NCBI GenBank assembly: GCA_038087875.1
Contig: CM075989.1
Coordinates: 4,526,001 to 4,590,000, forward strand
DNA: 64,000 bases
DNA from: Malacoraja senta
Taxonomy: Eukaryota
Direction of reading: 5' to 3'
Positions 12,447-25,523 of the stretch are shown one piece after another. A model generated the notes under the pieces. That model did no database searches, was not told the origin of the DNA, and was given only the letters and a program-made list of their open reading frames with translations. Position 1 is the first letter of the stretch; every line of letters starts with the position of its first letter. The position numbers and the translations under genes were made by a program.

Positions 12447-12770
12447 TAGTTTATTTTAATTTAGACATAGTGCATGGAAACAGACCCTTTGCCTCACCGA
12501 GTCCGACAGACCATCGATCACCCGTTCACACTAGTTCTATGTTATTCCACTTTCGCATCCATTCCTTACACACCAGGGACAATTTACGCAGGCTAATTAA
12601 TCTGCAAACCCGCACACATCTTTGGATGTGGGAGGAAACCGAAGCACCCGGAGGAAAACCGTGTGGTCACAGGGAGTACGTGTGAACTCAACACGGACGG
12701 CACCCGAGATCAGGATCGAATCCGGGTCCATGTAGTTGTGAGGCAGCAGCTCTACCAGCTGCGCCACCCG
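12447..12770 (-). mobile_element. V-SINE (HE1-like)
   Basis: GGGTGGCGCAGCTGGTAGAG head, GATTCGATCC B-box, V-domain. Confidence 0.85.
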
Positions 12771-12955
12771 AGCCTTGTTCTCATTGACCCTTACTTGGGT
12801 GAATAAAAGATTATTTGGATTTAACATCCCTCAAAGATCCTTCCCTCGACAAAACTCACAGTGAATGCACATTGGGGCTTCCTGCTTCACAAATAAAAGA
12901 CAGAGTATCGCACCCACATGTAATGGAGGCCATCAGTCCCAAACCATGCCAGAGA

Positions 12956-13275
12956 GGTGGCACAGTGGTGCAGCAGTAGAGTCACTGCCTTACAGCGCCA
13001 GAGACCCGCGTTCGATTCTGACTACGGGTGCTGTCTGTATGGAGTCTGTACGTTCTCACTGTGCCAGCGAGGGTTTCTCCGGGTGTTCCGGTTTCCTCCC
13101 ACACTCCAAAGATGTACAGGTTTGAAGGTTAATTGGCTTTGGTAACAATTTAAACGATCCCTAGTGTGTACAATAGTGCTAGTGTACAGGGATCGCTGGT
13201 TGGTATGGACTCGGTGGGCCAAAGGGCCTATTTCCATGCTGTATCTCTAATGTTTAAAGTCTAAGTTCTAAAGTT
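12956..13275 (+). mobile_element. V-SINE (HE1-like)
   Basis: GGTGGCACAGTGGTGCAGCAGTAGAG, GTTCGATTC, V-domain, GGGCCAAAGGGCCTATTTCCATGCTGTATCTC tail. Confidence 0.9.
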
Positions 13276-13309
13276 CTTAACTTCAGGAAGCGAGGCGGAG
13301 TACATGCCC

Positions 13310-13757
13310 TAATGAAGTTCAAGTTCCTGGGCATAAATATCACCAACAACTTATCCTGGACGACCATTTTTTGAAGGTGCAGCCATAAAAGTTCACCAAA
13401 ATCTCTATTTCCTCAGGAGACTGAAGGAGGTTTGGCATGTCTCCAGTAACACTGACCCACATCTACAAATGCACCGTAGAATGAATTCTATCAAGTTGCA
13501 TCACATTTTGGTTTGGCAATAGCTCTCCCCAAGGTCACAAGAAATTAACCAGTCCATCACACAGACCAGCCTCCCCACATCATGCCCCCTCTCCTCTATT
13601 GAGTCCATCCACACTTCTGCTGCCTCAGGAAAACAGCAGACATAATCTAGGACCTTTTTCACTGGTTATCTTTGCTGTCAAGCAGAATATACAAAATCTT
13701 AAAGAATGTATCATCAGTTTCAGGAACAGCTTCTTCCCCAATGTTATCAGACTACTG
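13310..13757 (+). mobile_element. Rex1/Babar-clade LINE RT 3' fragment
   Basis: Reads FKFLGINITNNLSW, LYFLRRLK, CTVE.ILSSCIT.WFGN and SFRNSFFPNVIRL across frameshifts. Confidence 0.75.
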
Positions 13758-14850
13758 TATAGGAAGGAACTGCAGATGCAGGTTTAAACCTATGCTGGAC
13801 TAACAGCAGGCCAAACAGCATCTCTAAAGAGAAGGAATGGGTGACGTTTTGGGTCGAGACCCTTCTTCAGACTGATGTCAGAGGAGAGGGAGATACATAG
13901 CTAAGGATGTGTAAGGTGTGAAAATAGGACAAAGGGAATAAAGATCAAGGAAAATGTAGAATAGATCATTGTTAGCTGGGAGAAGGTAACACCAAAGCAA
14001 ACATAGAAACATAGAAACATAGAAAATAGGTGCCTGCACCGCCATTCAATATGATCATGGCTGATCATCCAACTCAGTATCCCGTACCTGCCTTCTCTCC
14101 ATACCCCCTGATCCCTTTAGCCACAAGGGCCACATCTAACTCCCTCTTAAATATAGCCAATGAACTGACCTCAACTACCTTCTGTGGCAGAGAATTCCAG
14201 AGATTCACCACTCTCTGTGTGAAAAATGTTTTTCTCATCTCGGTCCAAAAAGACTTCCCCCCTATCCTCCCCTAACAGAGATAAAATGTAGTCGGAGACA
14301 GTAAGACTGGTCAGAGAACTGGGAAGGAGGAGGGATGGGAAGAGAGGTAAAGCAAGGGTTACTTGAAGTCAGAGAAGTCAATGTTCATACTGCTGGGTTA
14401 TAAGCTGCCCAAGCAAAATATGAGGTGCTGTTCTTCCACAGAAATGTCAGTGTGGAAATGGGAGAGGGAGTTAAAGTGCTTCGCAACCGGGAGATCAGGT
14501 AGGTTTAGACAGACTGAGCGGAGGTCAAATGATCTCCGAGCCTGTGCTTGGTCTCGCCAATATACAAGAGCCCACACCTGGAACAGCGGATACAGTAGAT
14601 GAGGTTGGAGAAGGTGCAAGTGAAACTCTGCCACACCTGAAAAGACTGTCAGGGTCTGTGGATGGAGTCGAGGGAGGAGGTATTGGGACAGGTGTTGCAT
14701 CTCCTGTAATTGCAGGGGAAAGTACCTAGGGAAGAGGTGGTTTGGGCGGGAAGGGACGAGTTGACCAGAGAGTTGTGGAGGGAAGAGTCTCTGCAGAAAG
14801 CGGGAAGGGGTGGAGATGGGAAGATGTGGTTAGTGGTGGAATCCTGTTGG
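13757..14850 (-). mobile_element. Penelope-like element 3' part: GIY-YIG endonuclease remnant + 3' terminal repeat with hammerhead motif
   Basis: Minus strand reads LIYCIRCSRCGLLYIGETKHRL (~14535-14605), then PVAKHFN; it continues into CTGAAGAAGGGTCTCGACCC.AAACGTC (13843-13870) and ends CTGCAGTTCCTTCCTATACA. Confidence 0.85.
14000..14272 (-). mobile_element. CR1 3' fragment with (TTTCTATG)n tail nested in the PLE
   Basis: (ATAGAAAC)n tail; AGAGTGGTGAATCTCTGGAATTCTCTGCC (RVVNLWNSL); the PLE resumes at AACAGAGATAAAATG. Confidence 0.8.
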
Positions 14851-15282
14851 GTGGCAAATGTCTCTGGTGCTGTAAGGCAGCAACTCTACCGCTGTGCCAC
14901 CATGCCACCCAAAGTTACCAGCCAGCCAGGAGTTGAACCAAGAATCCTCTGATCCATAGTCAGACACATAACACCTTTCTCTCACTGGCCCGATTTTTAG
15001 ATTTGTAATGTTTTTGAATATCTCAAAAACATGTCTCCAAAACGTGTTTTAAGAGATATAACATTTTAAAAGTTCCATCTAAATTTTAATGAGCATGACA
15101 AAGAGCAACTAATGCCATTGCTCTAGATGTGGCCAGGGCCAATTGTGGCTGCCCCATATGATGCTTCTTCTACCCGGTCAGACTCTGATGATATTGAAGG
15201 CATCTCCACAGAGAAGTCCGCTGGTATTTGTTGAAAGTTCCTGTTGGTGTACAGCTGGTCACAAAATCCTTTGGCTGGTATT

Positions 15283-15594
15283 TAATTTAGTTTAGTTTAG
15301 AGATACAGCTTGGAAACAGGCCCTTTGGCCCACTGAGTCCTCACCAACCAGTGATCCCTGCACATTAACACTATCCTACACACACTTGGAACAATTGACA
15401 AATTTACTGGTCAATTAACCTACATACCTGTACGTCTTTGGAGTGTGGGAGGAAGCCGGAGCATCCGGAGAAAACCCACGCAGGTCACAGGGAGAATGTA
15501 CAAACTCCGTACAGACAGCACCCATGGTTAGGATTGAATTCGGGTCTCCGGCGCTGTAAAGCAGCAACTTTACCACTGCACCATTGTGCCGCCC
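15283..15594 (-). mobile_element. V-SINE (HE1-like)
   Basis: Complete head, V-domain and (CTAAA)n tail. Confidence 0.9.
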
Positions 15595-15599
15595 CTAAT

Positions 15600-15895
15600 A
15601 TTGTTTCGGTTATTTTTTACCACGTGCACTGAGCTACAGTGAAAATTCTGTTTAAGTGCTATCATACTTTCCCTTTGCTTTCAAATCATACTTTACATGA
15701 GTAGAATGAAGTTAAACACACGTAAAATGGGTAGGGCAAAGAGAACAATACCAGAATGCAGAATGCAACATGACAGCATTGTGGTGTTACAGAGTTAAAC
15801 CGGTTGCAGAGAAAGAGACCTCTGTCAGCAATAAAGTAGGTTGGAAGGTCGGGTCTACACCCCAGCTTATGGGAGGATCATTCAGTAGTCTGACA
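15600..15895 (-). mobile_element. Probable Rex1/Babar-like 3' UTR fragment
   Basis: Similar to 38930-39250 (TTTTCACTGTA.CTC.G...GTG..AA end). Confidence 0.45.
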
Positions 15896-16455
15896 ACATT
15901 CCTCTTTGTAGGGTACGTCAAACAGTCCCTGTTCCAGGTGTACACTGACCCTATCCCCGAACGCTACCTCCGCTACTGTTTATTGCTGACTGCATCGGTG
16001 CTACCTCCAGCACCGTGCAGAACTCACTGACCATTAACTTTACTACTAATTTCCATCCTGCACTCAAATTCACTTGGACCATCTCCGACATCTCCCTACT
16101 ATTTCTTGATCTCACCGTCTCCATCACAGGAGACAGACTATCAACTGACATCTATTATAAACCCACTGACTCCCACAGCTATCTAGCCTACACTTCTTCC
16201 CACCCAGCTTCCTTAAAAGACTCCATCCCCTACTCCCAATTCTTCCATCTACACTGTATCTGCACCCAAGATGAGGTGTTCCATACCAGGACATCTAAGA
16301 TGTGCTCGTTCTTTAGGGAACGAGGGTTCACCTCTTCCATCATAGATGAGGCCATCACTAGGGTCTCCTTGATATCCTGCAGCTCCACTCTGGCTCCCCC
16401 TCACCCCATTCGTAACAGAGACAGGGCCCCCCTGGTCTTCACCTTCCATCCCATC
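15896..16455 (+). mobile_element. Penelope-like reverse transcriptase fragment
   Basis: FHPALKFT, FLDLTV, TDIYYKPTDSHSYL, SSHP, SIPYSQF, typical of PLE RT and thumb. Confidence 0.9.
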
Positions 16456-17653
16456 AGACAATGGACAAGGGAGAACCAGTGGATGTAGTGTACCTGGACT
16501 TTCAGAAAGCATTTGATAAGGTCCCGCATAGGAGATTAATGGGCAAAATCAGGGCACATGGTATTGGGGGTAGAGAGCAGACATGGATAGAAAATTGGTT
16601 GGCAGACGGGAAACAAAGTGTAGGGATTAACGGGTCCCTTTCAGAATGGGGTACCGCAAGGCTCGGTGCTAGGACCGCAACTATTTACAATATACATCAA
16701 TGATTTAGATGAAGGGATTCAAAGTAACATTAGCAAATTTTCAGATGACACAAAGCTGGGTGGCAGTGTGAACTGTGCGGAGGATGCTATGAGGTTTCAG
16801 GGTGACTTGGACAGGTTGGGTGAGTGGACAGATGCATGGCAGATGCAGTTTAATGTGGATAAATGTGAGGTTATCCACTTTGGTAGCAAAAAAACAGGAA
16901 GACAGATTATTATCTAAATGGTGTCAAATTGGGAAAAGGGGAAGCACAATGAGATGGGGGGGGTCCTTGTTCATCAGTCAATGAAAGTAAGCATGCAGGA
17001 ACAGCAGGCAGTGAAGAAAGCGAATGGCATGTTGGCCTTCATAACAAGAGGAGTTGAGTATAGGAGCAAAGAGGTCCTTCTGTAGTTGTATAGTGTCCTA
17101 GTGAGACCACACCTGGAGTATTGTGTACAGTTTTGGTCCCCTAATTTGAGGAAGGACATTCTTGCTATTGAGGGAGTACAGCGTAGTTTTACAAGGTTAA
17201 TTCCCAGGATGGCGGGACTGTCATATGCTGAGAGAATGGAGAGGTTGGGCTTGTATACTCTGGATTTTAGAAGGATGAGAGGGGATCTTATTGAAACATA
17301 TAAGATTATTAAGGGTTTGGACACACTAGAGGCAGGAAACGTGTTCCCGATGTTGGGGGAGTCCAGGACCAGGGGCCACAGTTTAAGAATAAGGGGTAAG
17401 CCATTTAGAATGGAGACGAGGAAACATTTCTTCACACACAGAGTTGTGAGTCTGTGCCTCAGAGGGCGGTGGAGGCCGGTTCCCTGGATACTTTCAAGAG
17501 AGAGTGAGATGGGGCTCTTAAAGATAGTGGAGTCAGGGGATATGGGGAGAAGGCAGGAACGGGGTACTGATTAGGGATCATGATCACATTGAATAGCGGT
17601 GCTGGCTCGAAGGGCCGAATGGCCAACTCCTGCACCTATTGTCTATTGTCTAT
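16456..17653 (+). mobile_element. 5'-truncated CR1 LINE (~1.2 kb) with (TCTATTG)n tail
   Basis: VYLDFQKAFDKVPH, LGPQLFTIYINDL, KFSDDTKL, LVRPHLEYCVQFWSP, RGDLIETYKI; tail CCTATTGTCTATTGTCTA. Confidence 0.95.
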
Positions 17654-17656
17654 TAA

Positions 17657-17916
17657 GGCACGGGTTCGATCGTGACTATGGGTGCTGCCTGTACGGAGTT
17701 TTACGTTCTCTCCGTAACCACGTGGGTTTTCTCCGAGTGCTCTGGTTTCCTCGCACATTCCAAAGACGTGTAGGTTTGTAGGTTAATTGGCTTTGGTAAG
17801 AATTGTACATTGTCCCTCGAGTGTAGGATAATGCTAGTGTACGGGGTGACCGCTGGTCGGCGCAGACAGTGGGCCGAAGGGACCTGTTTCCGCCCCGTAT
17901 CTCTAAACAAAACTAA
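17657..17916 (+). mobile_element. V-SINE lacking the extreme 5' end
   Basis: GGGTTCGATC B-box, V-domain, GGGCCGAAGGGACCTGTTTCC tail. Confidence 0.85.
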
Positions 17917-18969
17917 AATAAATAAAAATGCTTAAGCTGCATTATTTTTAAATATTTAAAAAATCCAAATTAACAAGCCATTGGAGATTTTGATGAAAAA
18001 TCCTGCGACTATTAAAAATAGTGCTGTTAAACTAATGACCTAACCGTGAGACCTTAAACATTACTGAACCTACCTGAGGTCTCATGGTCATTATCTTCCA
18101 TTAAAATCAAACGGAAATGCCCTTGCACCATTTGGAATGTAAGCACAGATTTTCTGATAACTGATGATAAGGGTGGAGAAATTAGCCCAAAATCCTCCTC
18201 TCAGGCCTAACTCTGAGGCGAACCCAGTGTCGGAGTGCAGCCTTCTGGCTAACCATAAATTGGTGACAGCAATTTCTGGATTTCCGCTTTCAAATTCATA
18301 TGAAGAGAAGTCCCAACGCTGCTGTCAATTCTGCAGGGTAATAATGGTGAATGCTGACAGATTCCCCCATCAATACTTCACAAAATCTGAGCCATTATCT
18401 CTAAAGGCTTGCAATATGATGTGCACTCAGTTTGCCCTACTTATAGGTGAAAGTCCAGCTTTTAGAAAGTGTTGGAATAACTATGATGATACTGAGAGAA
18501 ATAGTTTGCTTTCTCTCTGTTGTAACTAAACGTGCAATCGATTGTCGTGCAAGTATAACTTGAGCAGAAGATCACATATTCAATCACATCAGTTGAAAAT
18601 GCTAAGACTAATATTTTTGTCACAGTTGTTTTCTGTTCTCTAAGTATACGACCAGCTTCAAATCGTTGCCACTCATGAACTGCTTAAGAGTGCAGTACAT
18701 TATGAATTCTGAGCCTGATGCAATGTGAAATATGGCATCACGAAGATTACTTATGTGAAAAAAGATCCGTTTAGATACTTGACATTAAAACGTAATACCT
18801 TCCCTCCACCTTTGTTTCCATAATAATTAAGGGTTAATGGGTTCTTGGTCAGCGTTTTCCATTAAGGTTTTAAACCCCAAGCTTAATCAATTCTAAATCT
18901 CCTACGGTTGCAGGGGAAAGTACTTGGACATAAGAGCTAGTACTCTGAAACAGGCAACTCAATGAACTT

Positions 18970-19167
18970 AAGATAGACACAAAAGGCTGGAGTAACTCAG
19001 TGGAACAGGCAGCACCTCTGGAGAGAAGGAATGGGTGACGCAAGAAGAGTCTCGACCCGAAACGTCACCCATTCCTTCTCTCCAGAGATGCTGCCTGTTC
19101 CACTGAGTTACTCTGAGTTTTTGTGCCTATCTTTGGTTTAAACCAGCATCTGCAGTTCCTTCCTGCA
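18970..19167. mobile_element. Fold-back PLE 3'-end element with 15-bp TSD
   Basis: Inverted arms; CAACTCAATGAACTT at 18955-18969 and 19168-19182. Confidence 0.9.
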
Positions 19168-19805
19168 CAACTCAATGAACTTGGTAGTTCTTGAACTGCT
19201 GTGACCAAGGAAGTGGAAGAGAAGCAAATGGTTCAGCTGTTAATATTATAGGTTCACAGAGTTTGATTTTGATTTTTTTGCTCTGGAAATGAAGTAAAGT
19301 GAGTGAGAATCCAGGATAGTGTAGAAAGCTGCATGTTAGAGTAGGTTTAATGGGGCTGAATAGCATAATATTCTACTGTTCTCCTTTAATTTGGTTCAAT
19401 TGGGGAAGTAAAGAATGTAAGAACCATTCCTGTAGAGAGTAGTTTAACGTAACACAGAATAACTTATACTATTAGTAGTAGAAGTACTATTTAACTTACC
19501 AATAATAGTAAGTTACTTTAACTTTGCTATTGATCCATCAGGGTATATGGTGAATACATTTCCCCCTTTATATTGGGCTTTAAGTTTTGTGTAGTCAATC
19601 AGTTAGATTGAAAGAGTAATGTGAAGAAGCTGGTGACGACAGGGGATCGTGCATCTTTCAAATGGTGAACAAGGAGAATTGAGGAGAGAACGGTAATGAA
19701 ACCAGCACTTTGAAGAATTCCTCAGCTGAGAGTTTTTCAATGTAAATGTGTTTAATATTATCTCACAGCAAATATTCCACATAAAGCCTGGCACGTGATA
19801 AGTGG

Positions 19806-20225
19806 AAGATAGACACAAAAAGCCGGATTAACTCAGCCAAACAGGCAGCATCTCTGGGGAGAAGGAATGGGTGACGTTTCGGGTCGAAACCCTTCTTCAG
19901 ATAAGTGAATACAGGTGAGGAGGTGAGGGGGGGAGGAGGTGAGGGGGGGGGAGGGGGTGAGGGGGGAGTGTTTGGCAGATTATTGGACAAAAGGCTAGAG
20001 ATGAAAAGACGTAAACCAGCATCTGCACCGGTAATCGATGGTCGGTGTGGTCTCGGTGGACCGAAGGGCCTGTTTCCATGCTGTATCTTTCAATCAACGA
20101 AAAACCATATATGTTGTCTTCTGTCCGTGTCACCTGACATGTCTGAAGATCGGTAAAGTCGCCTATGCATGTTCTCCAGAGATGCTGCCTGACTCGCTGA
20201 GTTACTCCAGCACTCTGTCTTTTTT
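19806..20225. mobile_element. Cluster of PLE 3'-end arms plus a V-SINE tail fragment (~20030-20090)
   Basis: Intact minus-strand core at 19873-19900; a second arm at ~20145-20225. Confidence 0.7.
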
Positions 20226-20329
20226 TTTAAATTGTAGTCTCCCCTCCGGGTGGATATTATAAAACTCCACTACACCTGAGAAACAGCGACATTTGTCAGC
20301 CCTTCCCGTCCTTCCTGCCTGCCTCGCTA

Positions 20330-20500
20330 TTCATCGCTATTAAAAGCAGATTCATTGAATATTTATCTCATTGGCGTTTCAGTGAATCTTGCCATGCACA
20401 GAATGATTGCTGCAATTGCCTGGGAAACGATAAGCACTGCGCTTCAAAGTGCTTCACTTGAAGGCCGGAAGACGCTCGAGGTGCGATAAGACCCTCGGCC
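20330..20500 (+). mobile_element. Ancient Deu-domain SINE (SacSINE1/AmnSINE1-like) 3' fragment
   Basis: TTATCTCATTGGCG..GAATCTTGCCATGCACAGAATGATTGCTGC...CTTCAAAGTGCTTCA resembles the 3' part of 41790-42185. Confidence 0.55.
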
Positions 20501-23500
20501 ATCTCTGCCTCTCGCTTCCTTTTCTGATAAAGCTCTCTGATGACGTTAAGGAACAGCCGAAGTTTTACCTTTCTCTGCCCTGCCCTGTGATGGGGTTTTT
20601 TCCCCAGAGCTCTAATTGTCTGTCTCAGGTTAGTTCCAAGCACTCCAGAAGATCACATTCAGTCAATTTCACCAGCAGTCTGTGCCAAGGCCACTATTAG
20701 ATAGCAAGGAGCCACATCCAGGGGAACGTGACATATTTAAAATAAGCTTACACCGCATTTAATAATTGCAAATGTTCTATCCAAATACACATTTAATTTT
20801 GCATAAAGCGACGGTGAAGTAAGATGTAGGTTTATCGCAGGGTATGGAATGAAATCCACACAAATATAAACCAGTCACATCAGCTCTCGTCTCCTCCCCA
20901 ATAACGCGAGGCATCTGAGGTACAAAATGTTAACGACATTTTTAATCGTTAAGATCAGACGAGAAAGACACGTATGGTAGACGGGGAGAGGTTTTACTAT
21001 GCAATAACGATTTCCCTTTGAAGTTTGATAAATGTGTGGGTGTGGGGTGGGCTTCCAGCGTGCAGAGGAGATAATGAGTTAAACACTTTCTATTTGCCTG
21101 GTTGAGGTGCTTGCTCGACATAAATGAAGCTTCCAGACTCTTTTGTATTACCTTTCAACAAGAGCCACTAGAGCCCTTAATAACAGGTCTGATAACCATG
21201 TGTAATTTGCCATATTTCGCCCTTCTGTTAGGAAAATGTCTCTCAATAATAGCCTCAGCCCTAAAGAGATGTTTAGTTACTTGTTTTAATGTGTTAGAGT
21301 AATTTCCCTGTGATGGCCAATATCAACAGGAAATATTTACAAAACAGAGAGGCCCTCGGCAATATACCGTTGGCCACCAACTCTAAACAAATGCACGTTT
21401 TTTAAAAATGGGTTGGGTGGGGGGGTGGGGGGGGGGGCTCTTAAAACAAGTCAAACGATAGTTTCATGCGTTCAAGTCCGGCCTCGCTGCAAGGCTAATT
21501 CGATTGAAGCCATATTCTAGGCCATGTACGCCCACACCTGTAGGCGGCCGCGCTCTGACCCAGAACGTGCTCCGCTGATTTATTATAAAGATTTGAAGAT
21601 TATGAATGCAAGTAATTCTCGCTGTTCTTGTTTTAAATCCACCCCATAGGAAATGTATTTACCGAATGTAAACACAAAATGCTGGAGTAATAATGCGGGA
21701 CATGCAGCATCCCTGGAGAGAAGGAATGGGCGACGTTTCGGGTCGAGACCTCTTCGATTTAAACCAGCAGCTGCAGTTCTTTCCAACACAAATGAATTTA
21801 CCGTGTGAGTCCGGAAAATGAGTGCGCAACGTTCACCCAGGTGAACATCCCTTCTTAATGCAAGCATGCATTCAAAGTGATGGGCTGCAGACCAAACGAG
21901 TGTCTAAGTGAGAGTTGGTTTAGAGGCAAATGGGGGAGGAGGGGAGTGGAGTGAGTGGGGGTGTTTACTAAGCCGCCTGTCTTGAAATGAAATGTTTTAC
22001 TAAGGAATTTAAAAAAAAACTCTATCGCTGCATCTCCTTCTCACGAAACGAGAGCGGCGGCAGGATTTGGTGCAGTGTACAATGAGAGCCTTTGAAAATC
22101 TGTTGTGCAGTGTGTTCAATGCAGGGAGGTGCCGTTCACAAGGACCCGGTACTGCGTTAGGATCCACCTTCAGCCCATTGTACCGTGTCATTAATCTAAT
22201 TTGTTAAAATCACAGTGCCTCGGCTCACCCGATGATGTCTCAGCTAATTTGCCCCACACAGCAACATTTTGTATTTAATAGTCACCAATCTTTTAACCTC
22301 AACCCAAAGCAAAAAAAAACCTTTGATAGTTCAAAGCGTTGAGATTGAATTAAGCTCCGCTGTTTTAATGAACCCAATTGACTGGGGCTCTGAGCCGAGA
22401 TTCAGCCGTCTGGCGAAAGGGGAGCCTTGTATGTGTATATTCGTTCATATTTAGATAACCCTTTTCAGAAAGGTACGCCAGATTTGTTTTTATTTTATTG
22501 AATGAAGAGTTTGCGATATTGATAGCCGTGTAGCCGCCGGGACAATGGGGCTGCGACCAAAGATCTTCGAGCGGAGCTCCATGTTCTTTGGCTGCGACCA
22601 GCACCAGCAACCTAATTATTTTCGCATCCGTGTGCATTATCATCGGAGAAAACACACACTTCATCGTCCTTTGTAAATTTACAAGTGCGGCGCAGTTGCA
22701 GGCGCCGAGCGGGGTTGCAGAAATCGGCCAGGGCTGCGGTGGCTGGGAGTGTTGCTGCTTATAAACTCAACGGCGACGCACACTGAAGGTGGGGGGATAG
22801 TTGTCGGCTGACAGGCTGAGCCAGAGCAGAAAAAGCGAGCGGCCAGCAATTAGCTACAGATCTGGGTCTCCCACCACCCCCTCCCCTTCCAAACTCGGGC
22901 GCGGATTATTGGAGAGTTTTAGGCAGAACCGTTTTTATTTCCAGGCCAGTGAGCATTGGCACATGTACTTTGCGTTAGCATAAGAAAAGAAAAGGCCCTG
23001 TGAACTTCATTCACCTCCTGACCCTCTCCCCGGCACTGAACAGCAGTACTTTCAGACTCCCAGCCTCTCCGACAGCCTTTGACTAGACCCGGGATTCCTA
23101 ATCAGGGTAATTTAATATAGCTTAAGCCTCTGTTCGCTTTATTTTAAGCTCCGCTATGGTTTGTTTCGTGGCATTCACTCCTCTCATCCATCATTAGCGA
23201 TCCTTGGTTGTTGAATGTAAAGGCTTGATATGAGACTACAACTTCCTTTTCATGTACAGAGGGGGGAACGAGCGAGCTTGGAATTCTATATAATGATTAA
23301 AACATTCCCAAGGACCCAGTCACTCGTAATGAAATGCCCCAGCACTAACAAGGCGATGCAGACCTGAATTTAAACGGGAATCAGCGGCCGGTTGATTTTA
23401 TTCTGTGATTAGTAATCATGGCCATTGTGTAAATAATCCATACCCCTCATCTCATGTGGATTAAGTGCTAATAGATTTTGAACGGGGGGACTGTCTATTG

Positions 23501-23740
23501 CCGGGGAACAGATACAGGTCCAATGCTATTGCGTGGAGTCGTGGGACCATGCCCGGGCCCGGAACACAAAGACTCCTATTCATGGCCCATGACAAGCGGA
23601 AAATCTTCATTGAATAAATGAATCAGAACTAATCAAATGGGATCACGTGGCCTAGCCTCCACTTTCGCCTGCAATCAAATCTTAACTGAAACATTCTTAT
23701 TAATAAATCTGCATCGGGCTAAACTTCTCCCATGGCCAAG
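20500..23740. promoter_or_regulatory. Unique, repeat-poor, CpG-retaining block with enhancer/CNE-like character
   Basis: No credible ORF; many homeodomain TAAT/ATTA, TAATCC/GGATTA, CCTTTG (TCF/Sox) and CACGTG motifs; only one short repeat arm (~21665-21790). Function inferred. Confidence 0.45.
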
Positions 23741-23789
23741 TCTGACATGGGTCGCAAGTGGAGGGTGTCTAGACCAGAAAACTAGTATT

Positions 23790-23922
23790 ATGGGTGGCTT
23801 TTCGAGTCGAGACCCTTCTTCAGACTTTCCTTTTCTCCAGAGATGCTGCCTGCCCCGCTGAGTTACTCCAGCACGTTGTGTGTATCTTCGGTTTAAACCA
23901 GCATCTGCAGTTCCTTCCTACA
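23790..23922. mobile_element. Fold-back PLE 3'-end element
   Basis: GTCGAGACCCTTCTTCAGACT joined to inverted TCCAGAGATGCTGCC...GCAGTTCCTTCCTACAC. Confidence 0.8.
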
Positions 23923-24752
23923 CAAACCAGTAATTATATTGGGTCAAATTTATTCGGCATTGGAATCGCCCCTCCCTTCAACTCCCTGACCTCACCCATT
24001 ATCAACAAGTAGCTGAGGGATTCATTTACAATAGAATCAATATTTTTCAAAAATCCTCTGAGCACTTTCGGTTGCTAGAGCGGATATGTTAGTTCAGTGA
24101 TTTGCAGCATGGAATCGGGCCCTTCGGCCCACCAAGTCCACGCCGCCCATCGATCACCCGTTCACACTAGTTTAATGTTATCCCACTTTCTCATCCATTC
24201 CTTGTCAGTATCCCAGAGATATAGTGAACTTTTCTGGGCTTAATGATTTGACCGCCAACCAAAGTATAGGTTAGAGATAAATCAGGAGTGTATGAATTGC
24301 CAACAGCGTCCCAAAGCTCATACGATGCCGAGTAATCAGTAATCGAGGCGGATAAATTGTGCAATAGACTGGGTGGACTGTTCTGTGCATTCTGTACTAA
24401 CCGGGGGATTGTGATTATGTACGGGGATATTTTTGCTGAGCTGTATGCAACAAATGTGTACCTGGTACAGGTGACAATAAACAAACGATTGACAACTGAT
24501 GTGCTTGCCTCCGGTGTGGAGAGGGGAATTGAAGGGAGCCTTGGTTTACTCGCTTAAATATGCACGTCGCTGTGATTATGCAGACACCGATTCCAGGCGC
24601 CTTCAGTGGAAGGTTGAAGCCGCCGAAATACTGACACTGCCTACAATGGGCCAGCCGCTAACCAGTACACGACGTCCCGACAGACATCGGGTCGCTGCGT
24701 TAGGCCAGACTCAATAGTTCGTTAATGGGGTCAAGAGCTGGAGGATAATTCT

Positions 24753-24946
<194 letters not shown>

Positions 24947-25126
24947 ACCTGAAATGTATATTTATAACCTGAAATGCTGCCTGTCCCGCTGAGTTACTCC
25001 AAATTTTTGTGTCTTTCTTCGGTTTCAACTAGCATCTGGAGTTCCTTCCTACACATATATGGGCGTTATCTTTGAATAATTGGATTACTCGTTCAGATTT
25101 GCTATTTGAAAGGCAAGAGGTTGGGG

Positions 25127-25523
<397 letters not shown>

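Noticed and set aside
12956..13030. tRNA gene (A and B boxes)
   Set aside because: This is the tRNA-derived head of a V-SINE, continuing into the V-domain; no full cloverleaf
18970..19167. MITE / DNA transposon interpretation of the hairpin elements
   Set aside because: Arms are unequal, TSD length varies, single-arm copies also have TSDs, and the sequence is contiguous with PLE GIY-YIG coding remnants
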